Positions 18,401 through 28,616 of a DNA stretch of 64,000 nucleotides are shown here, piece by piece. How positions within the stretch are numbered: the stretch's first letter is position 1; each line of letters begins with the position of its first letter. This DNA is from a virus (lineage: Duplodnaviria > Heunggongvirae > Uroviricota > Caudoviricetes): positions 64,577-128,576 of the IMG/VR virus record IMGVR_UViG_3300050821_004987. The stretch is one strand, 5' to 3'. The notes beneath the pieces were generated by a model, which did no database searches, was not told where the DNA came from, and was given only the letters and a program-made list of their open reading frames with translations. The position numbers and the translations under genes were made by a program.

Positions 18401-19384
18401 ATGAAAATTTTAGTAACAGGAGCATCTGGATTTATTGGCTCACATTTCATCAAGCATGTGATGGAGAAGACAAATCATTCCGTCGTAGCTTTCGTCAGAA
18501 ATTCAAATCAACGAAATATGTCTCGGCTGAGTGTTCCATCAGAAGCGGTAGATAGGGTTCGTACAGTCTTTGGGGATCTTCTGAACGATATCTCCGGGCT
18601 AACAGAAGGTTGTGATGTCGTCGTCAATTTCGCAGCGAAGACGTTTGTGGATCACTCGATCAGAGACCCGTGGCCGTTTATTGAAGCAAACATTGTTGGT
18701 ACTCACAGACTGTTGGAAGATGCAAGACGAAATAAAGTCCGCCAGTTCGTCCAAGTCTCCACAGACGAAGTCTACGGCGCGATTCTCGAAGGCGCGTATC
18801 ACGAAGATGCAAGGATTAATCCGACGAATCCGTACGCTGCGTCAAAAGCTGGAGCAGATGCGCTAGTCATTTCCTATGCTCACACGTTCGGGATGTGGAC
18901 GGCGATCACGAGAACAGAGAATAATGCCGGGCCATATCAGCACCCACAGAAAGTATTTCCAGCATTTGTGAAGAAAGCTTTAGATGGAAAGAAGCTACCG
19001 ATTTATGGAGATGGTAAACATCGACGTCAGTGGCTTTATGTGACCGATCATTGCTCAGCGATATTGAAATTACTCGAATCAGATCAAGAGTCTGGTCAGG
19101 TCTTCCACGTTGCGGGATCTCAAGAACTTGAGAATATAGAATTGGCTAGAAGAATATTAGCTTCGATGGACAGATCGGATGTAGCCTTTCCGTTGAAAGG
19201 GTGTCCATTTGAGCAGCGTGTTAGTTTTTTAGATGATCATGATGCACGACCAGGACACGATCGTCGCTATGCATTACATTGTGATAAGATGAAAGCTTTG
19301 GGATGGAAGCCAGAAGTTTCTTTAGATGTCCTGATAGAGACTACGACAGCGTGGTATCTAGCTAATCAGTGGTGGCTTCAATGA
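18401..19384 (+). CDS. rfbB: dTDP-glucose 4,6-dehydratase
   Basis: 'MKILVTGASGFIGSHF' Rossmann start. 'YAASKAGADALV' YxxxK catalytic motif. Overall SDR-extended layout like RmlB. Confidence 0.85.
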   Translation: MKILVTGASGFIGSHFIKHVMEKTNHSVVAFVRNSNQRNMSRLSVPSEAVDRVRTVFGDLLNDISGLTEGCDVVVNFAAKTFVDHSIRDPWPFIEANIVGTHRLLEDARRNKVRQFVQVSTDEVYGAILEGAYHEDARINPTNPYAASKAGADALVISYAHTFGMWTAITRTENNAGPYQHPQKVFPAFVKKALDGKKLPIYGDGKHRRQWLYVTDHCSAILKLLESDQESGQVFHVAGSQELENIELARRILASMDRSDVAFPLKGCPFEQRVSFLDDHDARPGHDRRYALHCDKMKALGWKPEVSLDVLIETTTAWYLANQWWLQ

Positions 19385-20169
19385 GGAAAGGGCAAAAGGC
19401 ATCGCCAGAACTTAGGCGAAGGTTGTCTTTGGCAGCTGATAAAAGAAATGAGTCAGCTTCGTACAGAGCTGAGCTAAGTAGACTGGCTAAAGAACGTTGG
19501 GCCGATCAGAAGTGGGCCTCAAGACAGACGTCTTTAATACAGAAAGCTTGTAAGACTCCCGAGCATCGTAGAAATCTTAGCATAGCTGTTTCAAAAGAGG
19601 CTACTTCTAAGGAAGGAAGAAAAGTAAGATCAGATAGGATTACGGCCTTATGGAGCGATCCTGTTTGGGCAGCTAATCAACGCTTAAGATTGCAAGAGGC
19701 TTGGACAGAGGAAAGATGCGAGCAAAGGAGTGAGGATATCAGTGAGCACTACAAACAACATCCAGAACGTCGCAGAAAGCTGTCCAGAAGTAGAAAGAAA
19801 TTGTTTTTGGATCCAAAGTTCGCTGAGAGACACGGTCGAAGATTCAAAGAAAGTCCTAACGCAGCTGAAAAGATTATGTTGAAATTTTTGAGAAAGCTAA
19901 AAATCGGTTTTCAGTTTCAGAAGTCAATGCTAGGTTTCTTTCCAGATTTCACGTTGCCAAGTTTGAAGATGATTATTGAGTGCGATGGGGAGTACTGGCA
20001 TTCTCCTTTGAAGGTTCGCAGAAGAGACGCCAGGAAAGATAGGTTGTTTACGAAGGCTGGTTACAAGGTGATCAGAGTATGTAGCGAAGATGTTGTAGAT
20101 AGAACAGAAGAGATATTAGATCAGTTGAAGAAGCTTATAAGAATGGAGATGAAAAAGTGCGCCTCTTAA
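19381..20169 (+). CDS. Free-standing DUF559/Vsr-like endonuclease with N-terminal basic NUMOD-like repeats (homing-endonuclease-like)
   Basis: C-terminal 'FFPDFTLPSLKMIIECDGEYWHS...RRRDARKDRLFTKAGYKVIRV' is a DUF559/PD-(D/E)xK Vsr-like core. N-terminus carries repeated 'xELRRRLSxA' helices. ATGA-coupled between rfbB and downstream genes. Confidence 0.55.
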   Translation: MRKGQKASPELRRRLSLAADKRNESASYRAELSRLAKERWADQKWASRQTSLIQKACKTPEHRRNLSIAVSKEATSKEGRKVRSDRITALWSDPVWAANQRLRLQEAWTEERCEQRSEDISEHYKQHPERRRKLSRSRKKLFLDPKFAERHGRRFKESPNAAEKIMLKFLRKLKIGFQFQKSMLGFFPDFTLPSLKMIIECDGEYWHSPLKVRRRDARKDRLFTKAGYKVIRVCSEDVVDRTEEILDQLKKLIRMEMKKCAS

Positions 20170-20588
20170 ATCCATCGCCAGGTGAAATCCTGGATCGACT
20201 AACTATCTTGGACTTGAAGATTGCAGCCGCAAGAAAGAAAGGCATAGACGAGACACACTTCGAAGCCGAGCAAGCTTCTTTGAAAGAAGTACTCCAGAAT
20301 TGGAATGATGGTGTCGTTGAAGATTGTGTGGGACGAGATGATATTTATGCACAGAAGAAAGGAGACATTGCTTCACATCTGAGCGCTTTGGCAGCAGTCA
20401 ATTCTTTGTTATGGCAGGCAGAGGATGATATCAGGGCAACGCCGGGAACAGAAGCTTTCAAGCTGGCGATACTGGTCAAGAACACAGCCCGTTGGAATGA
20501 TGCGAGAGCGAGTCACGTACGGGAGTTGGATAAGCTGTACGGAATAAAAGACGGACCAGAAAAAATCTACACGGAGAATGTTAGATGA
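20157..20588 (+). CDS. Hypothetical protein
   Basis: 143-aa ORF with no motif recognised. Confidence 0.35.
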   Translation: MRLLNPSPGEILDRLTILDLKIAAARKKGIDETHFEAEQASLKEVLQNWNDGVVEDCVGRDDIYAQKKGDIASHLSALAAVNSLLWQAEDDIRATPGTEAFKLAILVKNTARWNDARASHVRELDKLYGIKDGPEKIYTENVR

Positions 20589-21277
20589 TTAAGCTAGGCG
20601 TTGTACTTCCCAGCTTTATGTACAACGATGTACGCCGTAGCTTAGCAACGGCAGCTTTCCGTTCTCTGGCCAGAACAGAAGGGTATTGGGAACAGAAGGC
20701 AAAGCTGCTGTTGCTGGTAAAGCATGGCCATGAGAATGAGTATCCGGACATAGTCAACAGCTTGGCCGCTGGATTCGACGTAGTATTGAAGACAGACGAA
20801 GGATTGAATGGGACAGAACAGACACTGGCCTTCGGTACTCAGTGGCTACTAGATAACACGGATGTTGACTACGTGACATGGATGGGAGACGATGCGCTGT
20901 TCCACCGGATGTGGCTTTTCCATCTAGCTGGTTTGATACATCGGCATCCAACAGCAAAGAGCTGGTCGGTCTATCGTTCAGCTTATGAGTGGATTCATAA
21001 GTCATTGAGTAGTATAGAGTACGATGTGATGGTCAGATCAATCTGTGGCCACGGGATGACGTTTACGAGACAGGAATGGACGGAGTGGGGTATCAAGTTC
21101 GGGCAAGGATCATGGGAAGCGCCGGACGGAGATACGCTAGATCTCTTACACGTCTACCAGCGGCCGGGAGAACGTTGGGTAACGAGAGTAAGTTTTGTAC
21201 AACATACCGGGAAGAGTGGTGTGCATTGTAGCCCAGATACACCCGAATACGCGCGAGACTTTCAAGGAGAAGGATGA
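20585..21277 (+). CDS. Putative GT-A fold glycosyltransferase (weak)
   Basis: 'LGVVLPSFMYND' GT2-like start. 'WMGDDALFH' DxD-like motif. Confidence 0.35.
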   Translation: MIKLGVVLPSFMYNDVRRSLATAAFRSLARTEGYWEQKAKLLLLVKHGHENEYPDIVNSLAAGFDVVLKTDEGLNGTEQTLAFGTQWLLDNTDVDYVTWMGDDALFHRMWLFHLAGLIHRHPTAKSWSVYRSAYEWIHKSLSSIEYDVMVRSICGHGMTFTRQEWTEWGIKFGQGSWEAPDGDTLDLLHVYQRPGERWVTRVSFVQHTGKSGVHCSPDTPEYARDFQGEG

Positions 21278-22584
21278 TGACAACGAAGGTAGTTGAGAAA
21301 AAAGCCTGTCGAGCCTGTGGTGCCAAGTTCACGAATAAGATCCTATGGAACTTTGGCAATCAGGCGATCATAGACTTTCCAGATGAAGGAGAAGAAGACA
21401 GGGGACGAGCACCGATCCAGTTGGTCCAATGTCCGGCTTGCGATCTGATTCAGCTGAGACATACGGTAGACGCCGATACGCTGTATTCGAAATTCTTCTA
21501 CCGCTCCAGCGTCAACGAGCAGATGAGAGAAGCGTTGAGAGATGTGGTCAACTCAGCGACGAATTTGGTAGACTTATCTCACACGGCTTTCATTTGTGAT
21601 ATCGGAACGAATGATGGTGAGTTGCTTTTGAATTATCCTGAAGATGTATGGAAGATCGGATTCGAGCCAGCTGAAGACTTCGCGAGAGAAGCAGCTGGAA
21701 GATTCAGGGCAAGGAAAGATGAGAAGTTTGAGATCGTACCTAGCTATTTCAACGCAGTAGAAGCGTTGGCTTGTTCACAGATGAAGCTGTACAAGGTAAT
21801 TTCTGCCTGCGCGGTTTTCTATGACTTAGATAATCCGACCGAGTTTCTGTACGACATCAAAAGCATTTTAGCTCCGGATGGCATCTTCGTAGTTCAGATG
21901 AACTATCTGGCGCTGATGATCAAGAATTTGACATTCGATAACGTCGAGCATGAGCATCTTTGTTACTATTCGCTGACGACGCTGAAGAATTTGTTCGACA
22001 AAGTTGGCTTGGATATCTTCGACGTCGAGTTGAATGATGTCAATGGTGGTAGCATCAGGGTCTACGCTTGTCATAAGAATGCTAGACCGATTGGGCATAA
22101 CGTAATCGAGCTACTCATGCAGGAAGCAAATCAGCCACCAGACATAAAGCATTTCGGTGAGCGTGCAATTGCTACATCCAATATCTTGCTCAATTTTCTG
22201 AAAGAGTTGAAGAAGAATGACATGAAGGTTTACGCCTACGGAGCTTCGACGAGAGGTAGTATGATGCTCCAGACCATATTCCGCGAAGAGAAAGCGACAG
22301 ACTATTTGATCGCTGCCGCAGAAAGGGACGAGAGAAAGTATGGTAAGAGGATGGCTGGGTTGGACTTACCGATTATTCCGGAAGCTGAAGCCAGAGAAAA
22401 AGCGGACTACATGCTGGTGCTGCCTTACGCTTTTTGGAGATCAATCCAACAACGAGAAAAAGAATGGATGAGCAAGGGTGGTAAGTTCATTCTGCCGTTG
22501 CCATATCCGAAGGTTGTCCATCTGGAGTCGATGGGTCTAGTGGCACGGGATCTGGATGCTGTGTTAGAGGCGATACGGGTATGA
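21274..22584 (+). CDS. Zinc-ribbon C-methyltransferase family SAM-dependent methyltransferase (NDP-hexose C-methyltransferase-like)
   Basis: N-terminal 'CRACGAKF...CPACDLIQL' zinc-binding domain (Methyltransf_13-like). 'ICDIGTNDGELL' SAM motif I. Long Methyltransf_14-like C-terminal domain. Confidence 0.6.
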   Translation: MMTTKVVEKKACRACGAKFTNKILWNFGNQAIIDFPDEGEEDRGRAPIQLVQCPACDLIQLRHTVDADTLYSKFFYRSSVNEQMREALRDVVNSATNLVDLSHTAFICDIGTNDGELLLNYPEDVWKIGFEPAEDFAREAAGRFRARKDEKFEIVPSYFNAVEALACSQMKLYKVISACAVFYDLDNPTEFLYDIKSILAPDGIFVVQMNYLALMIKNLTFDNVEHEHLCYYSLTTLKNLFDKVGLDIFDVELNDVNGGSIRVYACHKNARPIGHNVIELLMQEANQPPDIKHFGERAIATSNILLNFLKELKKNDMKVYAYGASTRGSMMLQTIFREEKATDYLIAAAERDERKYGKRMAGLDLPIIPEAEAREKADYMLVLPYAFWRSIQQREKEWMSKGGKFILPLPYPKVVHLESMGLVARDLDAVLEAIRV

Positions 22585-22769
22585 AGGGAACAGTAGTCAT
22601 GAGGTTCGTTGGTAATCGGCAGGAGCCAGAAGAAGAGCCTGTTAAGACGAACGATATTCTTTTTATGCCGCCGTTGTTCGATGAGTGGTGGGAAGATTTC
22701 ATGCAAAGAGAAGTTGATAGAATGAAGATAGCTTGTGGGCTACAAGTTCCGATAGGAAAACTAGAATGA
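22581..22769 (+). CDS. Small hypothetical protein
   Basis: 62-aa ORF, ATGA-coupled at both ends. Confidence 0.25.
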   Translation: MKGTVVMRFVGNRQEPEEEPVKTNDILFMPPLFDEWWEDFMQREVDRMKIACGLQVPIGKLE

Positions 22770-23695
22770 AAAAAGCAATCGTCTTCGGAGGCTCCGGACA
22801 GATGGGATCGTATCTGGTTGAACTATTGAGAGGGAAGGGCTACTGGGTTGAGAAGCCTTCCAGACACTACATAAACTTTGACGATCTGAGCATGACGACT
22901 TTGCGGTTTTATCTAGAGCAAGAACGTCCGGATGAGATCTACAACCTAGCCGGGCTGAACTACGCTCCAGATTCCTGGCATCTTCCAGCGTTGTATATGC
23001 AGGTGAATGGCACAGCCGTGGTCCGCTTGTTGAGTCTGGTAAAAGAGATTTTGCCACAGACGAAATTCTTTCAAGCTGGATCGGCAGAGGTATTCGATAA
23101 AGGTTCCATTCAGCAGTACGAAGATACGAACCGGTTACCGGAGAATCCATACGGGCTTTCGAAGATGTTAGCCATGGAAGCCGTTCGTATTTACAGAGAC
23201 AAGTACGAGCTGTTCGCCTGTACAGGCATCTTCTTTAACGCCGAGTCACCAAGACGACAGAAGACATTCTTTGCCGAGAAGGTAGCGATGGAAGTCGCCC
23301 GGTTGGTGAAGCATCGAGAGAAAAGTTTGCCATATTTTATAGAGCTTGATCGTTTGGATGCCAGAAGGGACTGGGGTTTCGCTGGTGAGTATGCAGAGGT
23401 AGCTTGGAGAATGCTCCAAGCAGATGTTCCAACAGACTTGGTCATTGGCACCGGGGAGACCCACACTTGCAAAGAGTTCGTAATGGAAGCTTTGAAGGTA
23501 GCGGGCTTGCCAGACGTCGAGAAGAATTTCGATCTCTATGTGAAGTACGACAAGACAGAAGAGTTGGGGAATTGCATGAGAGCGATGCCAATAGCCGCTA
23601 AGATAATTCATGATTGGGAAGCGAAGTACAAGTTCAAGGACGTTGTGAAGATGCTGGTAGAAGCCGAGCTACGGATAGAGGCCCTCGTTGAGTAA
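22766..23695 (+). CDS. GDP-mannose 4,6-dehydratase family enzyme (second paralogue, possibly an Rmd-type reductase)
   Basis: 'AIVFGGSGQMGSYLVELL' Rossmann start. 'GIFFNAESPRR...RDWGFAGEYAEV...LVIGTGETHTCKEFV' parallels the Gmd core. Confidence 0.65.
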   Translation: MKKAIVFGGSGQMGSYLVELLRGKGYWVEKPSRHYINFDDLSMTTLRFYLEQERPDEIYNLAGLNYAPDSWHLPALYMQVNGTAVVRLLSLVKEILPQTKFFQAGSAEVFDKGSIQQYEDTNRLPENPYGLSKMLAMEAVRIYRDKYELFACTGIFFNAESPRRQKTFFAEKVAMEVARLVKHREKSLPYFIELDRLDARRDWGFAGEYAEVAWRMLQADVPTDLVIGTGETHTCKEFVMEALKVAGLPDVEKNFDLYVKYDKTEELGNCMRAMPIAAKIIHDWEAKYKFKDVVKMLVEAELRIEALVE

Positions 23696-24200
23696 GATCC
23701 TTTGCATGTGTCAGGGTGGGAACTCAAGATCAGTAGCTCTTGGGTTTCTGATGAAGTACAGATATGGAGAAGACGCTCTGGCTTGCTCATGGGAGAAGAA
23801 TTCTCCTGACACGTTGAAGATGCTGTTCGAGTGGGCAGATAAGATCATCGTCCTGCAAGCCCATTTCGTTCAGTACATCCCAGCCGAGTACCACGCGAAG
23901 GTGGGAGTAGTGGACGTTGGACCGGATGTCTGGTGTAATGGTCTTCATCCAGACTTGCTGAATATATTGATCGAGAAGCTTGAGCCAGAAGATCCTAAGA
24001 TTACTGTAGTAGACAAGAGAAGAATTCTACAGACGACTTGTGTTGCTTGTGGAAAAGAAATGACCTGCGATCCACAAGGAAGCTGCTGGTGTAAAGATGT
24101 TGAGCCCGTTCCAATAAATCCGGGTATGGTGGCAGCCGGTTGCTTGTGTAAATGTCCAGAGTGTCTGGAGAAGAGCCGAGTGGAGGCCCAAGTTGGCTAA
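23688..24200 (+). CDS. Low-molecular-weight phosphotyrosine phosphatase / ArsC-fold protein with Cys-rich C-terminus
   Basis: 'ILCMCQGGNSRS' matches the C-x5-R-S P-loop. TTG start inferred. C-terminal 'CVACGKEMTC...CWC...CLCKCPEC'. Confidence 0.4.
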   Translation: MSKILCMCQGGNSRSVALGFLMKYRYGEDALACSWEKNSPDTLKMLFEWADKIIVLQAHFVQYIPAEYHAKVGVVDVGPDVWCNGLHPDLLNILIEKLEPEDPKITVVDKRRILQTTCVACGKEMTCDPQGSCWCKDVEPVPINPGMVAAGCLCKCPECLEKSRVEAQVG

Positions 24201-25608
24201 GGTTTTGCTACTCGATAGTCCCAGCTGGCGGCTATTCAATCCAAAGCTGCATTGTCATTTGGGAATTTTGTATTTGGCTGGTAGCTTGAGAGCAGCCGGT
24301 CATGATGTAAAAGTGCTAGACTGCCATCGGGTAACGGGGTGGGATGGTGAACGATTGATTCTGCACAAGGAACTGATGGAGCCCTGTGACATACTCGGGA
24401 TCTCAGCGACGACCGCGAATGTAAATTGGGGAGCCGAGATGGCTCGGGATTGGCCAGCGACGTTGAAAGTGCTTGGTGGAACGCACGTAACGCATATCAT
24501 GGAAGGGCCACATGAGCGATTCAAACAGAAGAAATACTTCGAGGGTTTCGATTACCTGATAGCAGGAGAAGCGGAGGAATCCTTTGTTAAATTCTGTAAT
24601 GGTTTTCGAGATCATGCTTCGTATGCTTTTAGGGCTTCTATTGCAGGCCTTGTTTGGTTTGACAGCTTTGGCTGTCATCATAATCCTGCCGCTGATCTAC
24701 CTGATGTTCAGCAGTTACCGCCACCCGCATTCGATCTTTGGGAAGCCGGCTTTGAGAAAGGTGCATTGAGTTCAACATCGGCCCATGGGAAAGAGTTAGA
24801 CGCAAATAATCTGATGACAGCTTCGATGTATACGGCCCGGGGATGCCCTTACGGATGTACATTTTGTGCAGATGCGAGGACGAAACTACGTGAAGAGACC
24901 ATTGAGCAGATCAAGAAAGAAGCTGAGGCGCTTGCGACCATCGGCGTACAAGCCGTTAGACTCCAGGATGATACTTTCACGATTAAGGCAGAGCGTTGTA
25001 GAACGATTGCAGACAGTCTTAGCGAATCCGGAATGCACTGGAGAGCCTGTACGCGAGTTAACCTTAGAGACGCCAGTCTCTTTCAGTACATGGCTAGTAA
25101 AGGATGTACAGAACTTGGATTCGGAATCGAGCACGGATCAGCCAGGATGCTCAAAGCCATGAACAAAGGTACGACACCAGAGGCGAATGAGATCGGCGTT
25201 AAGATGGCGCAGGACGCTGGGATCATAGCCCGCGCATTCCTGATGATTGGTTTCCCGGGTGAGACAGAAGAGTCGATCGACGAGTTGGAGGAATGGGTAC
25301 TGAGAGTTCGACCCTCGTCTGTCACAGTTTCTTTGTTTCAGCCTTTTCCAGGAAGTAACGTATGGAACCAGCCAGAGAAGTATGGAGTGGAGTTGCCAGA
25401 CAACGCCTTCGATCGATTTTGGCAGCTGGGTGGGGACGGAGATCCAGAGATGATGGTTCTCAGGCTGCCCTCGATTTCGAAAGAGAGATTGTTTTATCAT
25501 CGTCAGCGGTTGATCAAGATCTTTGAAGAAGAGATCGGTAAGCTCGATAGAACTCAAGTGCATGGCAACGTGGGAACGTTCGGACCGATGGAGCAAGTGA
25601 CAGCATGA
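24193..25608 (+). CDS. B12-binding-domain radical SAM enzyme (class B radical SAM, possible methylase)
   Basis: N-terminal B12-binding-like domain ('VLLLDSP...LAGSLRAAGHDVKVLDCH'). 'TARGCPYGCTFCAD' CxxxCxxC radical SAM cluster motif. Confidence 0.75.
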   Translation: MAKVLLLDSPSWRLFNPKLHCHLGILYLAGSLRAAGHDVKVLDCHRVTGWDGERLILHKELMEPCDILGISATTANVNWGAEMARDWPATLKVLGGTHVTHIMEGPHERFKQKKYFEGFDYLIAGEAEESFVKFCNGFRDHASYAFRASIAGLVWFDSFGCHHNPAADLPDVQQLPPPAFDLWEAGFEKGALSSTSAHGKELDANNLMTASMYTARGCPYGCTFCADARTKLREETIEQIKKEAEALATIGVQAVRLQDDTFTIKAERCRTIADSLSESGMHWRACTRVNLRDASLFQYMASKGCTELGFGIEHGSARMLKAMNKGTTPEANEIGVKMAQDAGIIARAFLMIGFPGETEESIDELEEWVLRVRPSSVTVSLFQPFPGSNVWNQPEKYGVELPDNAFDRFWQLGGDGDPEMMVLRLPSISKERLFYHRQRLIKIFEEEIGKLDRTQVHGNVGTFGPMEQVTA

Positions 25609-25811
25609 GATTGCATCCAGCTCCAGATCTTGTTGACGTGTCGTATCCTTGGTATGCGTCGAGAGTAAGGGCTATGTCCTTTTCGAAGCAGTTTTATACG
25701 ACAGAGAATGGATGGACAGTAGCTTCACAGATTTGTTTCAAGTGGTTGGCGACGATTAAGGAAGAGCTTGTGACTTTCAAGATTTTGAAGTGGAAAGGTG
25801 CAGTAAGTTGA
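25605..25811 (+). CDS. Small hypothetical protein
   Basis: 68-aa ORF, ATGA-coupled. Confidence 0.2.
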   Translation: MRLHPAPDLVDVSYPWYASRVRAMSFSKQFYTTENGWTVASQICFKWLATIKEELVTFKILKWKGAVS

Positions 25812-26746
25812 AAGTAGCACACGTAGTAAATAAGAATGCAGTCTGTGGCTATGCTGAGTACGCCAGAGAGCTGGACTGGGAACTTAAAAAAGAATTCGAG
25901 TCTAGCATTGTCGAGCCGGGTCAAGAGATCGGCGATGTAGATGTTGTGATAGCCAGCTATGGTTCGACAGAGACGCTGGGACTGACGCCACACCAGACCG
26001 AGGAGTGGCGACAGCAGGGAAAGAAAGTAATCTTGCTCCACAGAGAAAGTGAAGGAGATCTGGTAGAGAATTGTACAATACCTGTGAAGCACTTTCTTGG
26101 TCACGTGGATTCGATCATAACGCATGAGCCGACGAACTATAGCGAGTTCATTCCGATTTCGTTTCCAGCAGTAGTCAGTTTGCCGGATGCCGAGCTTAGA
26201 TTGGTAATCGGTTCGGCTGGGTTTTACGATACGATGAAGCATTTTGAGGACGTGGTCGAGCTGGCCAGACGGACGGGTGGGAATGTGAATTTGTCGATAG
26301 CACACTACTGGCGATCTGATCTGAGTCATGTAAAAAGAAACATAGCCGAGATGAAGAAGAAAGAAGTAGAAGGAGACTGGATCGAGTTAGTTGATTGGCC
26401 AGTAGCGACAGTGATCAGACAGTTAGCCAGATCGACGATCAACATGTTTTGGCACTGGCCGATCAATCCTTGTTCCCAGTCAACATCAGTCGGGATGGCG
26501 ATAGCTGCAAAGCGACCGTTGATTATTTCGCCTCACAGAAGGTTCCGAGTTATTTTGGAGCAGTATGCCGACGAAGTGTACGTAGCCAGGACAGGTGATG
26601 AAGCAGTCGGGATTGTGAAAGAGGTCTGGGACGCGATTAAGAACGGACGACCGGTGCGTATCCCAGACAGACTTTACAAGGCATATAACTGGGAGACTTG
26701 TGGTGAAACATACAGAAAGCTGATTCACAAGGTGATAGGACGATGA
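25790..26746 (+). CDS. Glycosyltransferase-like protein, paralogue 1 of 3
   Basis: 'LKVAHVVNKNAVCGYAEYAREL' parallels the N-termini of the next two ORFs. GT-B or GT4-like N-terminus. Confidence 0.45.
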   Translation: MERCSKLKVAHVVNKNAVCGYAEYARELDWELKKEFESSIVEPGQEIGDVDVVIASYGSTETLGLTPHQTEEWRQQGKKVILLHRESEGDLVENCTIPVKHFLGHVDSIITHEPTNYSEFIPISFPAVVSLPDAELRLVIGSAGFYDTMKHFEDVVELARRTGGNVNLSIAHYWRSDLSHVKRNIAEMKKKEVEGDWIELVDWPVATVIRQLARSTINMFWHWPINPCSQSTSVGMAIAAKRPLIISPHRRFRVILEQYADEVYVARTGDEAVGIVKEVWDAIKNGRPVRIPDRLYKAYNWETCGETYRKLIHKVIGR

Positions 26747-27702
26747 GAGTAGGACTCATAACAAGTTTTCCACCAGAACGATGCGGGGTTGCTTCGAATG
26801 CGGTTAATTTGGTGAACAACAAAGCAGATGATGTGGAGTATAAGATCATCGAAGGTTGCTCTTGGAGAAAACCTTTTACACACGATCAAGTAATGGCTGA
26901 GTCAGAAGATTGTGATATAGTGCATCTGACCTATGAGCGATCTTTACATCTGGGTTTGTTCCCAGGAACTTTTTACGGGTTGCGTGAGAAAGGTAAGAAG
27001 ACGATCATCACGTACTACAATATCTGGCCAGGAGACTATCAAGATGCTGAGATGGTGAAAGCTTTCGATGTCGTTATCGTGCCGGATGAGGTAGAGGCCA
27101 AGGTTCGTGGATATGAGTATGTTCCACATGGCGTGATGGAAGTAACTGAGCTAGGACCGTTGGGTTCAGTACGTTCGTTAGGGACAGCAGGGTTCCCAAC
27201 ACCAGCAAAAGGTTCATTGATAATGGCCGATGTTTGTCGAGAGTTAGGGTTACACTTTTTTGTTGTAGCCCCACTTTCCAGACACGCTGATGCAGCGTGG
27301 ATGAGAACAGAGATCGAGAAGAGATGTCAGACTTGTTCATTCGTCCATGAGTTTCTGTTGCAAGAGGAGATTGTTAGAATGCTGTCGTGCTGCACGATAA
27401 CAGCTTGGTTGTATACAGCTATACCACAGCAGTCTGGATTGTCTGGTTCAATCAGATTGGGTTGTGCTGCGAAGAGACCGATGGTAGCTTCGATGATGGG
27501 AATGTACCGGGATCTGTTTCAGTATGACGACGAGATCAATTTTATACAGACAGAGACGCCAACATTTGCAACAGTTTTACCAGTCGTTCAGTACGCACTG
27601 GAGCATCCAGAGAAGAGACCAGACCGAGTTGTGAAAGAGCAGAGTTGGAATAAATGTGGACAGATGTATGCTGAGATCTATAGAAAGGTTTTAGCAGCAT
27701 GA
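26743..27702 (+). CDS. Glycosyltransferase-like protein, paralogue 2 of 3
   Basis: 'MRVGLITSFPPERCGVASNAVNLVN' is a GT4-like start. ATGA-coupled. Confidence 0.45.
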   Translation: MRVGLITSFPPERCGVASNAVNLVNNKADDVEYKIIEGCSWRKPFTHDQVMAESEDCDIVHLTYERSLHLGLFPGTFYGLREKGKKTIITYYNIWPGDYQDAEMVKAFDVVIVPDEVEAKVRGYEYVPHGVMEVTELGPLGSVRSLGTAGFPTPAKGSLIMADVCRELGLHFFVVAPLSRHADAAWMRTEIEKRCQTCSFVHEFLLQEEIVRMLSCCTITAWLYTAIPQQSGLSGSIRLGCAAKRPMVASMMGMYRDLFQYDDEINFIQTETPTFATVLPVVQYALEHPEKRPDRVVKEQSWNKCGQMYAEIYRKVLAA

Positions 27703-28616
27703 ACGTCGGAGTACTGACACACGTTCAAGAAGCTTGTGGAGTGGCTGAGTATGGGGCTGATTTGATCAGGGAGCTTGGTCGGTATTTTGAAGTTGATAAG
27801 CTTGAGAAGATAGAAGAGTATGACGTTCTCGTAGTTAATTGGCATCCAGCAAAACTGAACTTGGACGCCGATAAGATTAGACGATGGCAGTCTCATGGCT
27901 GTAAGGTGATCGTACTTATCCACAATTCAGCAGAAGGAATGGTTGTTTCTGGAATTAACGATGCTCTTGCTGTAGCAGATGCAGTTGTAGCGCACGAGCC
28001 AGTAGAGTTCCGAGGAGATATCAAAAGATTTCAGCATATCGAGCATGGGATTCCAGAGGTAGATGTAAAGAATTTGCTCTACTCGTTTTCGATCGGAACG
28101 GCTGGCTTCGCGTTCGCTCATAGACAGTTTGATATGGTGATCGACTTAGCACAACAGTTCGGGATGTTTGGAAATATTATTTGTCCGCCGTATTCTTGTC
28201 ACGTTGACCCAGATGAGCTAGAGAAAAAGTGGCGTCAAAAACTGGGCAGCCATTTGCATATGATCAAGTCGTTTATGCCGAGAGAGTTTGTGATTAAGAC
28301 GCTGGCGAGCTCTTTGATAAACGTTTTCTGGTTCGAGTCTCAGAAAGCAAACGATGATCTGGGTCAGAGTGGTTCAGTTAGAATGGGAATAGCAGCTCAG
28401 CGGCCAGTCATCTTGAACAGATCCAGAAAGTTCAGAACACTGTTTCCCTACGAAGACGAGTTGTATTTTTGTAATAATAAAGAGGAAGCGGTGGCTGCGG
28501 TAATGACGATCTTGAAGACAGATAGTCCAAAGATGCCAAAGCGAGTGATGAAAGATCAAGCTTGGTCAAAGGTAGCACTAGATTGGAAAAAGCTGATCGA
28601 GGAAGTGGCAGCATGA
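27699..28616 (+). CDS. Glycosyltransferase-like protein, paralogue 3 of 3
   Basis: 'MNVGVLTHVQEACGVAEYGADLIRELG'. Same length class and layout as the previous two. Confidence 0.45.
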   Translation: MNVGVLTHVQEACGVAEYGADLIRELGRYFEVDKLEKIEEYDVLVVNWHPAKLNLDADKIRRWQSHGCKVIVLIHNSAEGMVVSGINDALAVADAVVAHEPVEFRGDIKRFQHIEHGIPEVDVKNLLYSFSIGTAGFAFAHRQFDMVIDLAQQFGMFGNIICPPYSCHVDPDELEKKWRQKLGSHLHMIKSFMPREFVIKTLASSLINVFWFESQKANDDLGQSGSVRMGIAAQRPVILNRSRKFRTLFPYEDELYFCNNKEEAVAAVMTILKTDSPKMPKRVMKDQAWSKVALDWKKLIEEVAA

